DNA of 64,000 nt from Thermoprotei archaeon (GTDB lineage Archaea; Thermoproteota; Thermoprotei; Thermoproteales; B15-G16): the NCBI GenBank assembly GCA_003649205.1, contig QMRC01000007.1, positions 21,937-85,936 of the forward strand, in the 5' to 3' direction. The position numbers and the translations under genes are program-made. The first letter of the stretch is position 1. Every line of letters starts with the position of its first letter. Positions 10,220 to 19,119 of this stretch are shown piece after piece. The notes under the pieces are model-generated. The model was given only the letters and a program-made list of their open reading frames with translations, was not told the origin of the DNA and made no database searches.

Positions 10220-10860
10220 CTGATGAACCTAGTTAGTGCCAGTACCAGTAGACCTGCTAGCAGGGTATAGAGACCATAGGTTAGAGGTCTTCTACCTGTG
10301 TACTTACCCAATAGAGCACCAACTACATACAACATAGCTAGTGCTATGGCTATTGACATCACTATGGCATAGGTGTTCGGTATGATGCCGTGTACTGCTA
10401 ACATGAATGGTACCGTTATCAGTAGAGCTGTTACAAAAGGACAGAAACCACTTAAAACCGCGGAGTACATAGCAGCAAACTTCTCAGCTCTCTCAATAGC
10501 TGTCTTCCTAAGTTTCGTCAGTAGAACATGCTCTAATTCAGTAATTCTTCTACTTCTCTCAGCCCACTCAGTAATCAGTGTGCTGACTGTACCTGAGAGT
10601 CCAGAACCAACAGCTGCACCAATACCTAGGCCAAGCAGTATCTCAGGTCTCTCACTAGCACCAGCAACGTAGGAAAACAGCACAGCACCTAAGAGAGTTA
10701 AGGTTATGTCAAAGGTATTTGAGACAGCATATCTCCTAGCAACTTCTGAAGCTCTAGTAATTCTCAGGTAGAATTTAACAGTATGCAAGTTACGTCTCAT
10801 AAATGAAACTAATCGTCTAAGTACCTTCAGTACCAAGCTACGTGACAATCCCCTCACCAC
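10216..10860 (-). CDS. VIT1/CCC1-like membrane protein
   Basis: ARRYAVSNTFD, EWAER, about five TM segments. Confidence 0.7.
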   Translation of the reverse strand: MVRGLSRSLVLKVLRRLVSFMRRNLHTVKFYLRITRASEVARRYAVSNTFDITLTLLGAVLFSYVAGASERPEILLGLGIGAAVGSGLSGTVSTLITEWAERSRRITELEHVLLTKLRKTAIERAEKFAAMYSAVLSGFCPFVTALLITVPFMLAVHGIIPNTYAIVMSIAIALAMLYVVGALLGKYTGRRPLTYGLYTLLAGLLVLALTRFIS

Positions 10861-10939
10861 GTAGAGATTCCGAGTAGCGAGGTTAAGAACATTAATTGAG
10901 GAAACGAGATTTTCGTCAGCCTCACATAGTTAAGTCTCT

Positions 10940-10988
10940 TCAGCTCCTCTGACTCACATCACATACTCAGACCGGGCGTCTTCATCAC
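10940..10988 (-). ncRNA. Box C/D sRNA (targets not identified)
   Basis: Minus strand GTGATGA-AGACGCCCGGT-CTGA-gtat-GTGATGT-GAGTCAGAGGAG-CTGA. Confidence 0.75.
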
Positions 10989-11046
10989 ACAGTATACTCA
11001 ATGAGGTATTCGGTACTTAATCTCTCTTCTCTAATTTACTCAGTAC

Positions 11047-11670
11047 CTACTCCTTTCGCGACACATACACCCTATACCCAGCTTCAGAACCAACAACATC
11101 ACAATTGCCAAATACCTGAAGCATTCTCTCCATTAACCTCCTACCACCCTTATTGTGTCGAGCAACGAGCTGCAGCAATCCACCTCTCTCTAGGTACTGT
11201 GGAGCCTCATCAATTACTCTATAACACACATCAAGGCCAGCAGATATCGGAGGGTTGCATAGTATTGCATTGAACTTCTCTCCTCTAACTGGCTCATATA
11301 GATCTCCCTCTCTAACCTCAGCATTGTGAATATCATTTAGCTTTAAGTTCTCTCGAGCTAGTTTCACGGCTAGCTTATTGATATCCGTCAAGATCACGTA
11401 GCCTCTAGGAGCTAACTTAGCAGCAACTATACCAATTACACCGTATCCACATCCAAGATCGAGGATTCTCCATCCATCCTCAATTATCATGTACTTGAGT
11501 AGTACCTCAGTACCCTTATCCAATTTCCTTGCTGAGAATATGCCAGGCGCTGATATTAACTTGACGTAGATACCCCTAATCTGCACCTCAATAGTGTACC
11601 TCCTACCTGTATCCCTAGGTCTCTTCGAGTAGTAATGGTAGTGAGACATCTCAATCCCTACATCTTCCAT
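11047..11670 (-). CDS. Class I SAM-dependent methyltransferase (MTS/RsmC-like)
   Basis: HYY, PGIFS, LDKGT, LDLGCGYG, NPP. Confidence 0.88.
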   Translation of the reverse strand: MEDVGIEMSHYHYYSKRPRDTGRRYTIEVQIRGIYVKLISAPGIFSARKLDKGTEVLLKYMIIEDGWRILDLGCGYGVIGIVAAKLAPRGYVILTDINKLAVKLARENLKLNDIHNAEVREGDLYEPVRGEKFNAILCNPPISAGLDVCYRVIDEAPQYLERGGLLQLVARHNKGGRRLMERMLQVFGNCDVVGSEAGYRVYVSRKE

Positions 11671-12035
11671 CTGGGTCTCAACTTAACGATACCTAGCGTT
11701 GAGCATATTTCAATGCACCAACCTGCTAGTAATTTAGCAATTTCAATTCTAGCTTCTTCCTCCGTATACGATACTCCTCTACAGGTCTCTAGCACGTGCT
11801 TAGCTACCTCACCATCGACTCTACTGTAGAACTTATTCGTTAGTATCTGCAGTAGCTCAGCGAGCGACACGGTACCTGATTCAACAATTTTCTTTACGTA
11901 CTCTAGATCCTCTCCTCTCGGTACTACATCATCTACATGTGCTTCACCTTTTCTCTTCCTTGCTTCCTCTAAGTACTTGATTAGTGGTGTGTAGTCTCCA
12001 ACTACTGATCCATTTGCGAAGAGTGGTAATGTCAC
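11658..12035 (-). CDS. Hypothetical protein
   Basis: 125 aa ORF overlapping the methyltransferase start; GAGGTG RBS-like sequence upstream. Confidence 0.7.
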   Translation of the reverse strand: MTLPLFANGSVVGDYTPLIKYLEEARKRKGEAHVDDVVPRGEDLEYVKKIVESGTVSLAELLQILTNKFYSRVDGEVAKHVLETCRGVSYTEEEARIEIAKLLAGWCIEICSTLGIVKLRPRWKM

Positions 12036-12100
12036 GTTGAGTACACCTCTGCACCTAGAGTAATACAGTATGGCTTAAAATATAGTCTTCGCGTGTATGC

Positions 12101-13708
12101 TTGATGAAGGTTCTTCTAGTTGATTGTTTGGGTTGGGGTAGTGTTGGTAGGGTTGCTACTGTTGACGTTATTGGTACTGGTCCTAGTATTGTTGCTTCCA
12201 TACTCGAGAGCTACGGTATTTCTGTTGACTACTCCTCACCTACAGGTTTACCTAGTTCTCTACATGAGTACACTGGTTTCATGATCTCTGGTATGGTTAG
12301 TGACGTTAAAACCATTAGATGTGTTATAAGTAAGCTCCGTAAGGAAAATCCTCATGCTATCATTGTACTTGGTGGTCCTATTTCAGCTGCTAAGGATATT
12401 GTTGCTGATCTAGGTGTTGACTTCGCTATTGTCGGTGAAGCTGAGTACGTTCTCCCGAAACTAATTGAGTACGGTCTTTTCAGTAATGATGAGGGTGATG
12501 TAGCTGAGAGATGTTGTGAAGAGAAGCTACCTAACTTAATCATTGTTAGGGATGGCAGTGTCGTGTACTCAGGACCTATTAGGTGGTGCTCTATTGACGA
12601 GATCACTAGGTTCAGTCTATCTCAGAACTTTATCTCTAGGTATCCTGGTATCACTTGGTCTAGAGTATACGTTGAGGTTCTTAGAGGATGCAGTAATTTC
12701 CTTAGACCTAGAATTCAGCTACCTGATGGTAGGGAGTGCATTGAGTGTGGTCTATGTAGATCTCCAAGGTTATCGGATAGGTTAAGGTGTCCCGTAGGTA
12801 TACCACCAGGTTGTGGTTACTGTTCTGTTCCTACACTGTATGGACCTGCTAGGAGTAAACCTGTTGAGTACATTGTTGAGGAAATTAGAAAGCTGGTTTC
12901 CGTTGGTGTTCAGCGTGTTGTACTGAGTGCATCTGATATACTTGACTATGGTAGGGACTGGTTGGTTAGTCCTGAACCTCTAACTGATCCGAGAAAACCT
13001 ATGCCCAATGTAGAGGCTCTAGAGGCTCTATTCTCCAGTGTTTTCGACTTACCTGAAGTCCGTAGTAGGAAGTGTGTTGTGATGATTGAGAACATTAAGG
13101 CTAATCTCGTAAATGAGGAAGTTGCTAAGGTACTTGGTAAGTACTTTAGAGGTACTTCTGTTCACATAGGTTGCGAAACTGGTTCTGAAGAGCATGCAAT
13201 CTCCATAGGTAGACCATGTACACCAACTGAAGTGCTTCAAGCTGTTAAACTACTTAAGAGGTATGGCTTAAGACCGTACGTCTACTTCATACATGGTCTA
13301 CCTGGTCAAGACCTGAAGATAGCTAGGAGAACGGCTAAGTTGATAACTAAGCTAGGTAGGGTGGGTGTAGAGAAGATTACTGTGTATAGGTTTCAGCCGC
13401 TACCTGCAACAGCATTTGAGAAGTTCCCTAGAGCACCACCAGCTAGTAAGTCTATGGTTGGTAGGATAATTGTTGATGCTAGTAAGTTCGTGAATAGATT
13501 CTCAAAGAGGAAGATGATTGGTAAGGAGTTAGAGGTAGTTGTTGCATCTCGTTGGAGAGACGGTATACACTATGTGACCTACCCTATCTACCATGGTCCT
13601 GTAACATTAGTGAAGGTGAATCGAGAACTTAAACCAGGTACAAGACTTAAGGTAAGGATCATTAAGGTACTTAGTGATAGAGTTGTCTTAGGTACAGTTA
13701 TCGAGTGA
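12101..13708 (+). CDS. B12-binding-domain radical SAM protein with C-terminal TRAM-like domain
   Basis: GGP/GEAE N-terminal domain, RGCSN...GCGYC with Cys-rich insert, GCETGS, HGLPG, C-terminal beta-barrel-like segment. Confidence 0.8.
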   Translation: MMKVLLVDCLGWGSVGRVATVDVIGTGPSIVASILESYGISVDYSSPTGLPSSLHEYTGFMISGMVSDVKTIRCVISKLRKENPHAIIVLGGPISAAKDIVADLGVDFAIVGEAEYVLPKLIEYGLFSNDEGDVAERCCEEKLPNLIIVRDGSVVYSGPIRWCSIDEITRFSLSQNFISRYPGITWSRVYVEVLRGCSNFLRPRIQLPDGRECIECGLCRSPRLSDRLRCPVGIPPGCGYCSVPTLYGPARSKPVEYIVEEIRKLVSVGVQRVVLSASDILDYGRDWLVSPEPLTDPRKPMPNVEALEALFSSVFDLPEVRSRKCVVMIENIKANLVNEEVAKVLGKYFRGTSVHIGCETGSEEHAISIGRPCTPTEVLQAVKLLKRYGLRPYVYFIHGLPGQDLKIARRTAKLITKLGRVGVEKITVYRFQPLPATAFEKFPRAPPASKSMVGRIIVDASKFVNRFSKRKMIGKELEVVVASRWRDGIHYVTYPIYHGPVTLVKVNRELKPGTRLKVRIIKVLSDRVVLGTVIE

Positions 13709-13715
13709 GTTAACA

Positions 13716-13764
13716 TCAGCATAGACGAGTCTCGTCACTACTCTGTAACCTACCCTCTCATCAC
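13716..13764 (-). ncRNA. Box C/D guide sRNA; D' guide complementary to archaeal 16S rRNA UAACCUACCCUC
   Basis: Minus strand GTGATGA-GAGGGTAGGTTA-CAGA-gta-GTGACGA-GACTCGTCTATG-CTGA. Confidence 0.85.
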
Positions 13765-13813
13765 TTCTAGCAGGATCTGAAGTAGTTTAAGGAACAAGTA
13801 GAAACACAACACG

Positions 13814-13835
13814 TATATATTCGAATTTCGAATAT
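13814..13835 (+). promoter_or_regulatory. TATA-like box overlapping a perfect 9-bp inverted repeat (putative operator)
   Basis: TATATAT at 13814-13820; ATATTCGAA-T-TTCGAATAT at 13817-13835, ending 6 nt before the ORF start. Confidence 0.55.
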
Positions 13836-13841
13836 TTAAGG

Positions 13842-15215
13842 TTGATGAACATAACAAAGCTCTTCATAGACCTCATGACACATAAAGCTACTACAACTCT
13901 AGCCACCTACTTACTCAAACCACTGATCAAGTACTTCGACCCCATTAGCTGTTCTCAAACTGGTCTCTTAACTATGTTCTTTGAGAGGTTAACTGATGAA
14001 GGTGTTAAGTGGTTAATTAAGGTAGGTTCTCGTATACTAGGTTCTTCAGCACCTGAAGATCTTGATGGTAGGAATAGGTACCTAGTAAATGGTGTAGCTA
14101 TCGTCCTAGATTCAATAGCTAGGTTTGGAGTACGAAAACCGCTTGTAACTTCTAGACCACTAATGGTTGTGTGGAATTTCACTAATCTATGTAATTTAAG
14201 ATGTAAACACTGTTATCAGGATGCTAGTAGGAGGCACCCTAATGAACTAAGTGTTGAGGAGAAGTTAGATCTGGTAGATATGTTATGTAGAGACAGAGTA
14301 CCTCTCCTAGCATTTTCAGGTGGTGAACCTCTTGCTGCTCCTGAATTCTTTGAGGTAGCTGAGTACGCTGCTAATAGGGGTCTCTTCGTATCAATAGCTA
14401 CCAACGGTACATTAATAACTGAAGAAGTTGCTAAACGATTGAAGAAGCTAGGAGTTAACTATGTTCAGGTTAGTGTAGATGCTGCTACGCCTAGCAAGCA
14501 TGACCTCTTTCGTGGCATTCCAGGTGCGTGGGAATTAGCTATTCGTGGTGTTAAGAATCTAGTGAAGTACGGCATCTTCACGTGCATAGCAATGACAGTA
14601 ACTAAATTTAACGTAGATGAGGTGCCTAAGGTAATTGAATTAGCTAAAAAGCTCCACGTACCTAGAGTTGCTCTTTACAACTTCATTCCAGTTGGTAAGG
14701 GTACGGAGATAGTGAAGTGGGACCTGAGCCCTATTGAGCGTGAGAGATTACTATACTACATACTTCGTGAATTTATGAAGGGTGGTATTGAGGTCATGAC
14801 AACAGCACCACAGTACGGTCGTGTAATAGCTTCATTACTGGAGGAGTACGGATATCTGCCGAAGGTAGCTGCAGCGCATTTCTACAGTGGTAGTAGTGAG
14901 TGGGGTAAGGTAGTTGAGTTCATAGGTGGTTGTGGTGCTGGTAGAGTCTACCTAGGCATTGAGCCTGATGGTACTGTTACGCCCTGTGTCTTTCTTAAGA
15001 TACCTGTTGGTAATGTTCGTCAGTCACGGATTAGGGATATCTGGATGAAATCTCAAGTACTTTGGGATCTTAGAGATAGGGATAAATTGAAGGATCCATG
15101 TGGTTCCTGCCCCTACAAACACGTCTGTGGTGGTTGTAGAGCTAGAGCATATGCATATTTCCAAGACTACCTAGCACCTGACCCTGGATGTTTCAGAGCT
15201 AGTAAATACCTCTAA
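13842..15215 (+). CDS. Radical SAM/SPASM-domain protein
   Basis: CNLRCKHC, SGGEP, GGCGAG..G..TPC, CGSC....VCGGCRARA......PDPGC. Confidence 0.92.
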   Translation: MMNITKLFIDLMTHKATTTLATYLLKPLIKYFDPISCSQTGLLTMFFERLTDEGVKWLIKVGSRILGSSAPEDLDGRNRYLVNGVAIVLDSIARFGVRKPLVTSRPLMVVWNFTNLCNLRCKHCYQDASRRHPNELSVEEKLDLVDMLCRDRVPLLAFSGGEPLAAPEFFEVAEYAANRGLFVSIATNGTLITEEVAKRLKKLGVNYVQVSVDAATPSKHDLFRGIPGAWELAIRGVKNLVKYGIFTCIAMTVTKFNVDEVPKVIELAKKLHVPRVALYNFIPVGKGTEIVKWDLSPIERERLLYYILREFMKGGIEVMTTAPQYGRVIASLLEEYGYLPKVAAAHFYSGSSEWGKVVEFIGGCGAGRVYLGIEPDGTVTPCVFLKIPVGNVRQSRIRDIWMKSQVLWDLRDRDKLKDPCGSCPYKHVCGGCRARAYAYFQDYLAPDPGCFRASKYL

Positions 15216-15235
15216 TCAGTAATCTAGCTCAAGAA

Positions 15236-15514
15236 CTATACTCTTGCTCTGGATCTATAAGGGCAAGTCTCACTCCTACAAAATATTTTACAAAATTCCT
15301 TAGCAAACTCCTCATTTATTCCCTTAAATCCGGTTCTCGTACCATCACACGTACATACCTTCCACTTCCCTCGAAAACCAACGTAGATATAACCAGTGCT
15401 AGTTATTGGTGATGGTATCTTCCTACATCTCGTAATGCACTCAGGGCACCACTCAAATCTTCCACCTAAGGTAATGACCTTCTGAGCAGTGTGCTTCACA
15501 CCCATAAGAAACAC
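15236..15514 (-). CDS. Small Cys-rich protein (8 Cys)
   Basis: CPECITRC, CTC, CKIFCRSETC; fills the gap convergent to the rSAM gene. Confidence 0.55.
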   Translation of the reverse strand: MFLMGVKHTAQKVITLGGRFEWCPECITRCRKIPSPITSTGYIYVGFRGKWKVCTCDGTRTGFKGINEEFAKEFCKIFCRSETCPYRSRARV

Positions 15515-15567
15515 CTTGATTTAGCATTTACACCCTGTATTAAAGGGTGTCCTCATTACAGTGCTCC

Positions 15568-15617
15568 TCAGGTCCCGCCATAATCTTCACTAATCCGTCC
15601 GGGTTCATCACATCATC
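15568..15617 (-). ncRNA. Box C/D sRNA, possible tRNA T-arm guide
   Basis: Minus strand ATGATGT-GATGAACCCGGA-CGGA-tta-GTGAAGA-TTATGGCGGGAC-CTGA. Confidence 0.65.
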
Positions 15618-15659
15618 GGACCTAGCTGAGTGATTAAACCTTAAGGTCTGTTATAAGGG

Positions 15660-16511
15660 TCACTCCTCGTAGATATATGCATCGACACAAATCTTGTAGA
15701 CATATGGTGCGTAGGGATGGACAATCCTTCTACTTAGTATCTTGACTGCTCTACCTAGCTTCTCAGCTTCCTTTCTAATGAGTTCCTCAGCTTCATCAAA
15801 TAACCTATCCTCAGGAGCCCAGTGGTAAAAGTGTAGGATACCACCTTCAGGCTTAAGACACTTGATAGCTATGTCGAGGTACTGGTAGGCACCTTTTGGA
15901 AGTGGCATGAGGACACGATCGCAGATACCGTACCAGTAAGGACATACGTCACGAACATCGCCTAGGACAGGGACAACACGATCCTCAACCCTATTCAACG
16001 CAACGTTCTCGACCATGTACTGGTAAGCATGTGGGTTAATCTCAACAGAAACTATTCTGTAAACTCTAGGCTGAACCCTACATATTATGAGAGCATAGGG
16101 TCCGACACCAGCAAACATGTACATAATGACCTCACCAGGACGGACCTGCTTTGCAATCCTCAATCTCTCAGTAGAGTCCCTAGGTGAGAAGTAAGCCTTC
16201 GTAGGATCAACCTTAATCCTACAACCATACTCCTTATGAATAACCTCAGTACTACCAGAACCAGCAATAACCTCGTACTCACGCAACCTATACACACCCT
16301 TCCTCTCAGAACACTTCCTCAAGACAACACGAACATGCTTATGAACCTTCATCAAAGCCTCACCAATAACGTGCTTCCAAGGCTCAAGCTCATCAGGAAT
16401 CTCGATAATAGCAACAGCACCCTCCCTAGAACCAATAATATCAAAACTACGAGGTACAAGAGGAAGTAAATCATCAGGAATCTTACCCCTCAATAGCTCA
16501 CGAAGTCTCAC
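15660..16511 (-). CDS. Trm5/Taw2 (Met-10) family tRNA-modifying SAM-dependent transferase
   Basis: [47 protein letters not shown]. Confidence 0.88.
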   Translation of the reverse strand: MRLRELLRGKIPDDLLPLVPRSFDIIGSREGAVAIIEIPDELEPWKHVIGEALMKVHKHVRVVLRKCSERKGVYRLREYEVIAGSGSTEVIHKEYGCRIKVDPTKAYFSPRDSTERLRIAKQVRPGEVIMYMFAGVGPYALIICRVQPRVYRIVSVEINPHAYQYMVENVALNRVEDRVVPVLGDVRDVCPYWYGICDRVLMPLPKGAYQYLDIAIKCLKPEGGILHFYHWAPEDRLFDEAEELIRKEAEKLGRAVKILSRRIVHPYAPYVYKICVDAYIYEE

Positions 16512-16603
16512 AAGGACCCCCTATAAGCTAATCTGAATCAGAGTATCGGGGAACTAAAATGCTATTCGACATAGTTATCCTACTAGAAAACCATGTGAAG
16601 AAC

Positions 16604-16846
16604 ATGAGGAACGTAAAGAGAAGAAAAAGAGGTTCACTACTAGTTGAAGAAGCAATACTCATAGGAGTAGCAGCCATAGTACTAGTCATACTACTCACAA
16701 TGCTCACAAAAATATTGGGAATAGTTAAGGGGACACTAAACACAACAAACCAATCACTTGAACAATTCATAGTGAATGTACTAAAGGAATTGGATAAGAT
16801 AGGAGCAGCACTAGGGCTACCAACACCAACGAATAGCACAGGCTAA
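16604..16846 (+). CDS. Short class III signal peptide (type IV/Flp-like) pilin
   Basis: Basic leader MRNVKRRKRG followed by SLLVE (Glu at +5) and a ~20-residue hydrophobic helix; ORF track 16559-16846. Confidence 0.75.
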   Translation: MRNVKRRKRGSLLVEEAILIGVAAIVLVILLTMLTKILGIVKGTLNTTNQSLEQFIVNVLKELDKIGAALGLPTPTNSTG

Positions 16847-16923
16847 ATAGCAACATTAAAAACACATAGATACAGTACTTCAATAGCCCCGAAGACCGCA
16901 CACCTACGAGAGTCCACTAGGAC

Positions 16924-18909
16924 TCAATGAGTAGGTGTGTGGCTAGGGGCTACACCCCTCTTCTTAACGTACTCTGCGTAAAGCCGTTTAAGCCTAATCA
17001 TCCTACCTTTTGCTTCTCTCAAGCTAGTTAACCTACTGTAGATCACCATATCGACATAGTACCTAGCAATAGGACATACAAGTAGGCATTTCTGGCAACC
17101 TACACATTTGCTGGGTATTACTGTGAAGGGTAGTTCAATAGCTTCGTAATCACAGTTCAAATAGCAGTGACCACACGCTCCGCAGTTCAAGGTCATGATT
17201 AGTACCTTGAGTACATTGAGAGCTGTATCGAGGTCTCTATAGCTAATGACTACGTACCCCCTGGAGTTCACCGTGCCCTGTACCTCATCTGATGCGAAAT
17301 ACACCTCATCTACCCTACGATTGACCATCATCCTGAGCACTGATCGTAGATTTACCTCAAGTGAATAAGAGTTCCACCTCTTCACAGGTATTGACAATTC
17401 GAGTACTTCTTCACTTCTCTGGACTGTTTTCAGGAAGGGATTTAGTTCTTCGAGACTCACAGTTGGGTATATGTACCTGATACCTAGCATCTTCGTCACT
17501 CGCTGTAGTTCTTGGTGAAGTAAGAAGAATCTCCAAAGATGTCTACTACGAGCAATTTCTCTCTCCTTCTCTGTAGAGAACATCACGTTAATTATCTTCT
17601 CCATGTACTTCTTCCAGAAGCTCATCAGTTCACTGTAGTGCATCTCACTCATCTTCAGCTCCAGACATGTCCTATGTGGACACATGACACAGCTAATTCT
17701 CTCAAAGCCCCTGTAGTAATCTGGGTGAAGTGGAGTGCGTGCTCTATACCATAGGTACAGGTACTCAAGGAGCTTAGGAAAGTTGTAGGGTATGCAGTGC
17801 GATAGTACACCAGCTTCAGAGTCAATGTACGTTGGCGGTCTTACACTTCGTCTAAAGGTCTCGTATCTTCTGGAACCAGTGTAGCTAACTACCTTATCCA
17901 AACCATACTTCTCCTTAATTAGCTTAAACATCGGAACTAATTTCCACAGTGGTGTGCACCACCTAAATCCACGAACTGGAATACCTAGAGTCTCGAGGTA
18001 ACTCAGTAACTTATCGAGTGAGTACTCCACGACCTCAAGTGAGAAACCTAGTCGAGAACATACCCTGTACACGAAATCACGAGTAACCTCAGTATCGGCA
18101 TACGGTATGTGTACGTAAATCACCAAAGGATCTGAATCAACTTCCTCAAGTAAGTGAAGTGTTAGTAAGCTATCCTTACCTCCAGAAAATCCAACTACAC
18201 CACGTCTACCCTCTTCACACTCCAACCACTTCACAGCACGTCTAACCTTCTCAACAAGAAACTCAATGTAATCCTCATTAAATTCATACAATTCACGGTA
18301 AGTCCTCCTAACTCTATCCAATGAAGAGAGTACCTCCTCAGGATATGCAGGAGACCAAATCTTTATCGGAACAAATCCTCTCTCAGTACGAAGAGCAACA
18401 CCACACAACCTACCATCTCTAGTAACAGCAACGAAGTACCTACAACCCTCAACACTAACCCTATAGCTACTAAATGTCCTCATCCTCTCATCACTAATAA
18501 CGGTATTGCAGATACCACGAATATAGAGTAGAGCAGCACCTAACTTACCAGGAACGACATTGAAGCTTAGGGTCTTCAAATCATAGTTGATAGTACACAG
18601 TATCTCTCCATTAACCATGAACTCGTAGACGTGGTCAAGTACAGGGTCATTACCAACATTAACTATGGTTAAGTGCTCCCTACAGATTCCCTCAAAGAGA
18701 TACGCTACATCACTACCAAAGACATCACAGCAAGCTCTTGACATGACCTCAAGATCACGACTAGTAATAGGTCTCGGATCAACCCAGAACCTGAATCTCT
18801 TCGAAACATCAATGAGATCATCACAGTACCTCCTACCATAACTCATCTTGAAAAAGTAAACATTCAGACTAGGGCTGTAGTAGAGCTTGAGGGGCCCTCT
18901 ATCACTCAT
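16924..18909 (-). CDS. PAPS-reductase-family protein with C-terminal 2x[4Fe-4S] ferredoxin domain
   Basis: PP-loop FSGGKDS, RWC...K, GSRRYE..RR, GFERISCVMCP, two CxxCxxCxxxC motifs. Confidence 0.85.
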   Translation of the reverse strand: MSDRGPLKLYYSPSLNVYFFKMSYGRRYCDDLIDVSKRFRFWVDPRPITSRDLEVMSRACCDVFGSDVAYLFEGICREHLTIVNVGNDPVLDHVYEFMVNGEILCTINYDLKTLSFNVVPGKLGAALLYIRGICNTVISDERMRTFSSYRVSVEGCRYFVAVTRDGRLCGVALRTERGFVPIKIWSPAYPEEVLSSLDRVRRTYRELYEFNEDYIEFLVEKVRRAVKWLECEEGRRGVVGFSGGKDSLLTLHLLEEVDSDPLVIYVHIPYADTEVTRDFVYRVCSRLGFSLEVVEYSLDKLLSYLETLGIPVRGFRWCTPLWKLVPMFKLIKEKYGLDKVVSYTGSRRYETFRRSVRPPTYIDSEAGVLSHCIPYNFPKLLEYLYLWYRARTPLHPDYYRGFERISCVMCPHRTCLELKMSEMHYSELMSFWKKYMEKIINVMFSTEKEREIARSRHLWRFFLLHQELQRVTKMLGIRYIYPTVSLEELNPFLKTVQRSEEVLELSIPVKRWNSYSLEVNLRSVLRMMVNRRVDEVYFASDEVQGTVNSRGYVVISYRDLDTALNVLKVLIMTLNCGACGHCYLNCDYEAIELPFTVIPSKCVGCQKCLLVCPIARYYVDMVIYSRLTSLREAKGRMIRLKRLYAEYVKKRGVAPSHTPTH

Positions 18910-18913
18910 CTAC

Positions 18914-18964
18914 TCAGTCACCGAGCGTTCTTCATTAATCTGTACACTGACACCTCATCATCAC
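18914..18964 (-). ncRNA. Box C/D sRNA directly upstream of the PAPS-reductase start codon
   Basis: Minus strand (GTG)ATGATGA-GGTGTCAGTGTA-CAGA-tta-ATGAAGA-ACGCTCGGTGA-CTGA-gtag-ATG. Confidence 0.75.
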
Positions 18965-19119
18965 TAGCATAGAAACAGCATTAAGTACCATATAGACTTT
19001 ACTCAAGGGAATGTTGGCTATTGACCCTCAGCACTGGAAGAGCAGTCCGGAAACAATTAAGATCTAGTGAAATGCAGTAAAAAGGTTGAGAATTAAGGAT
19101 GTGGGGAGGTTAAAGACAT

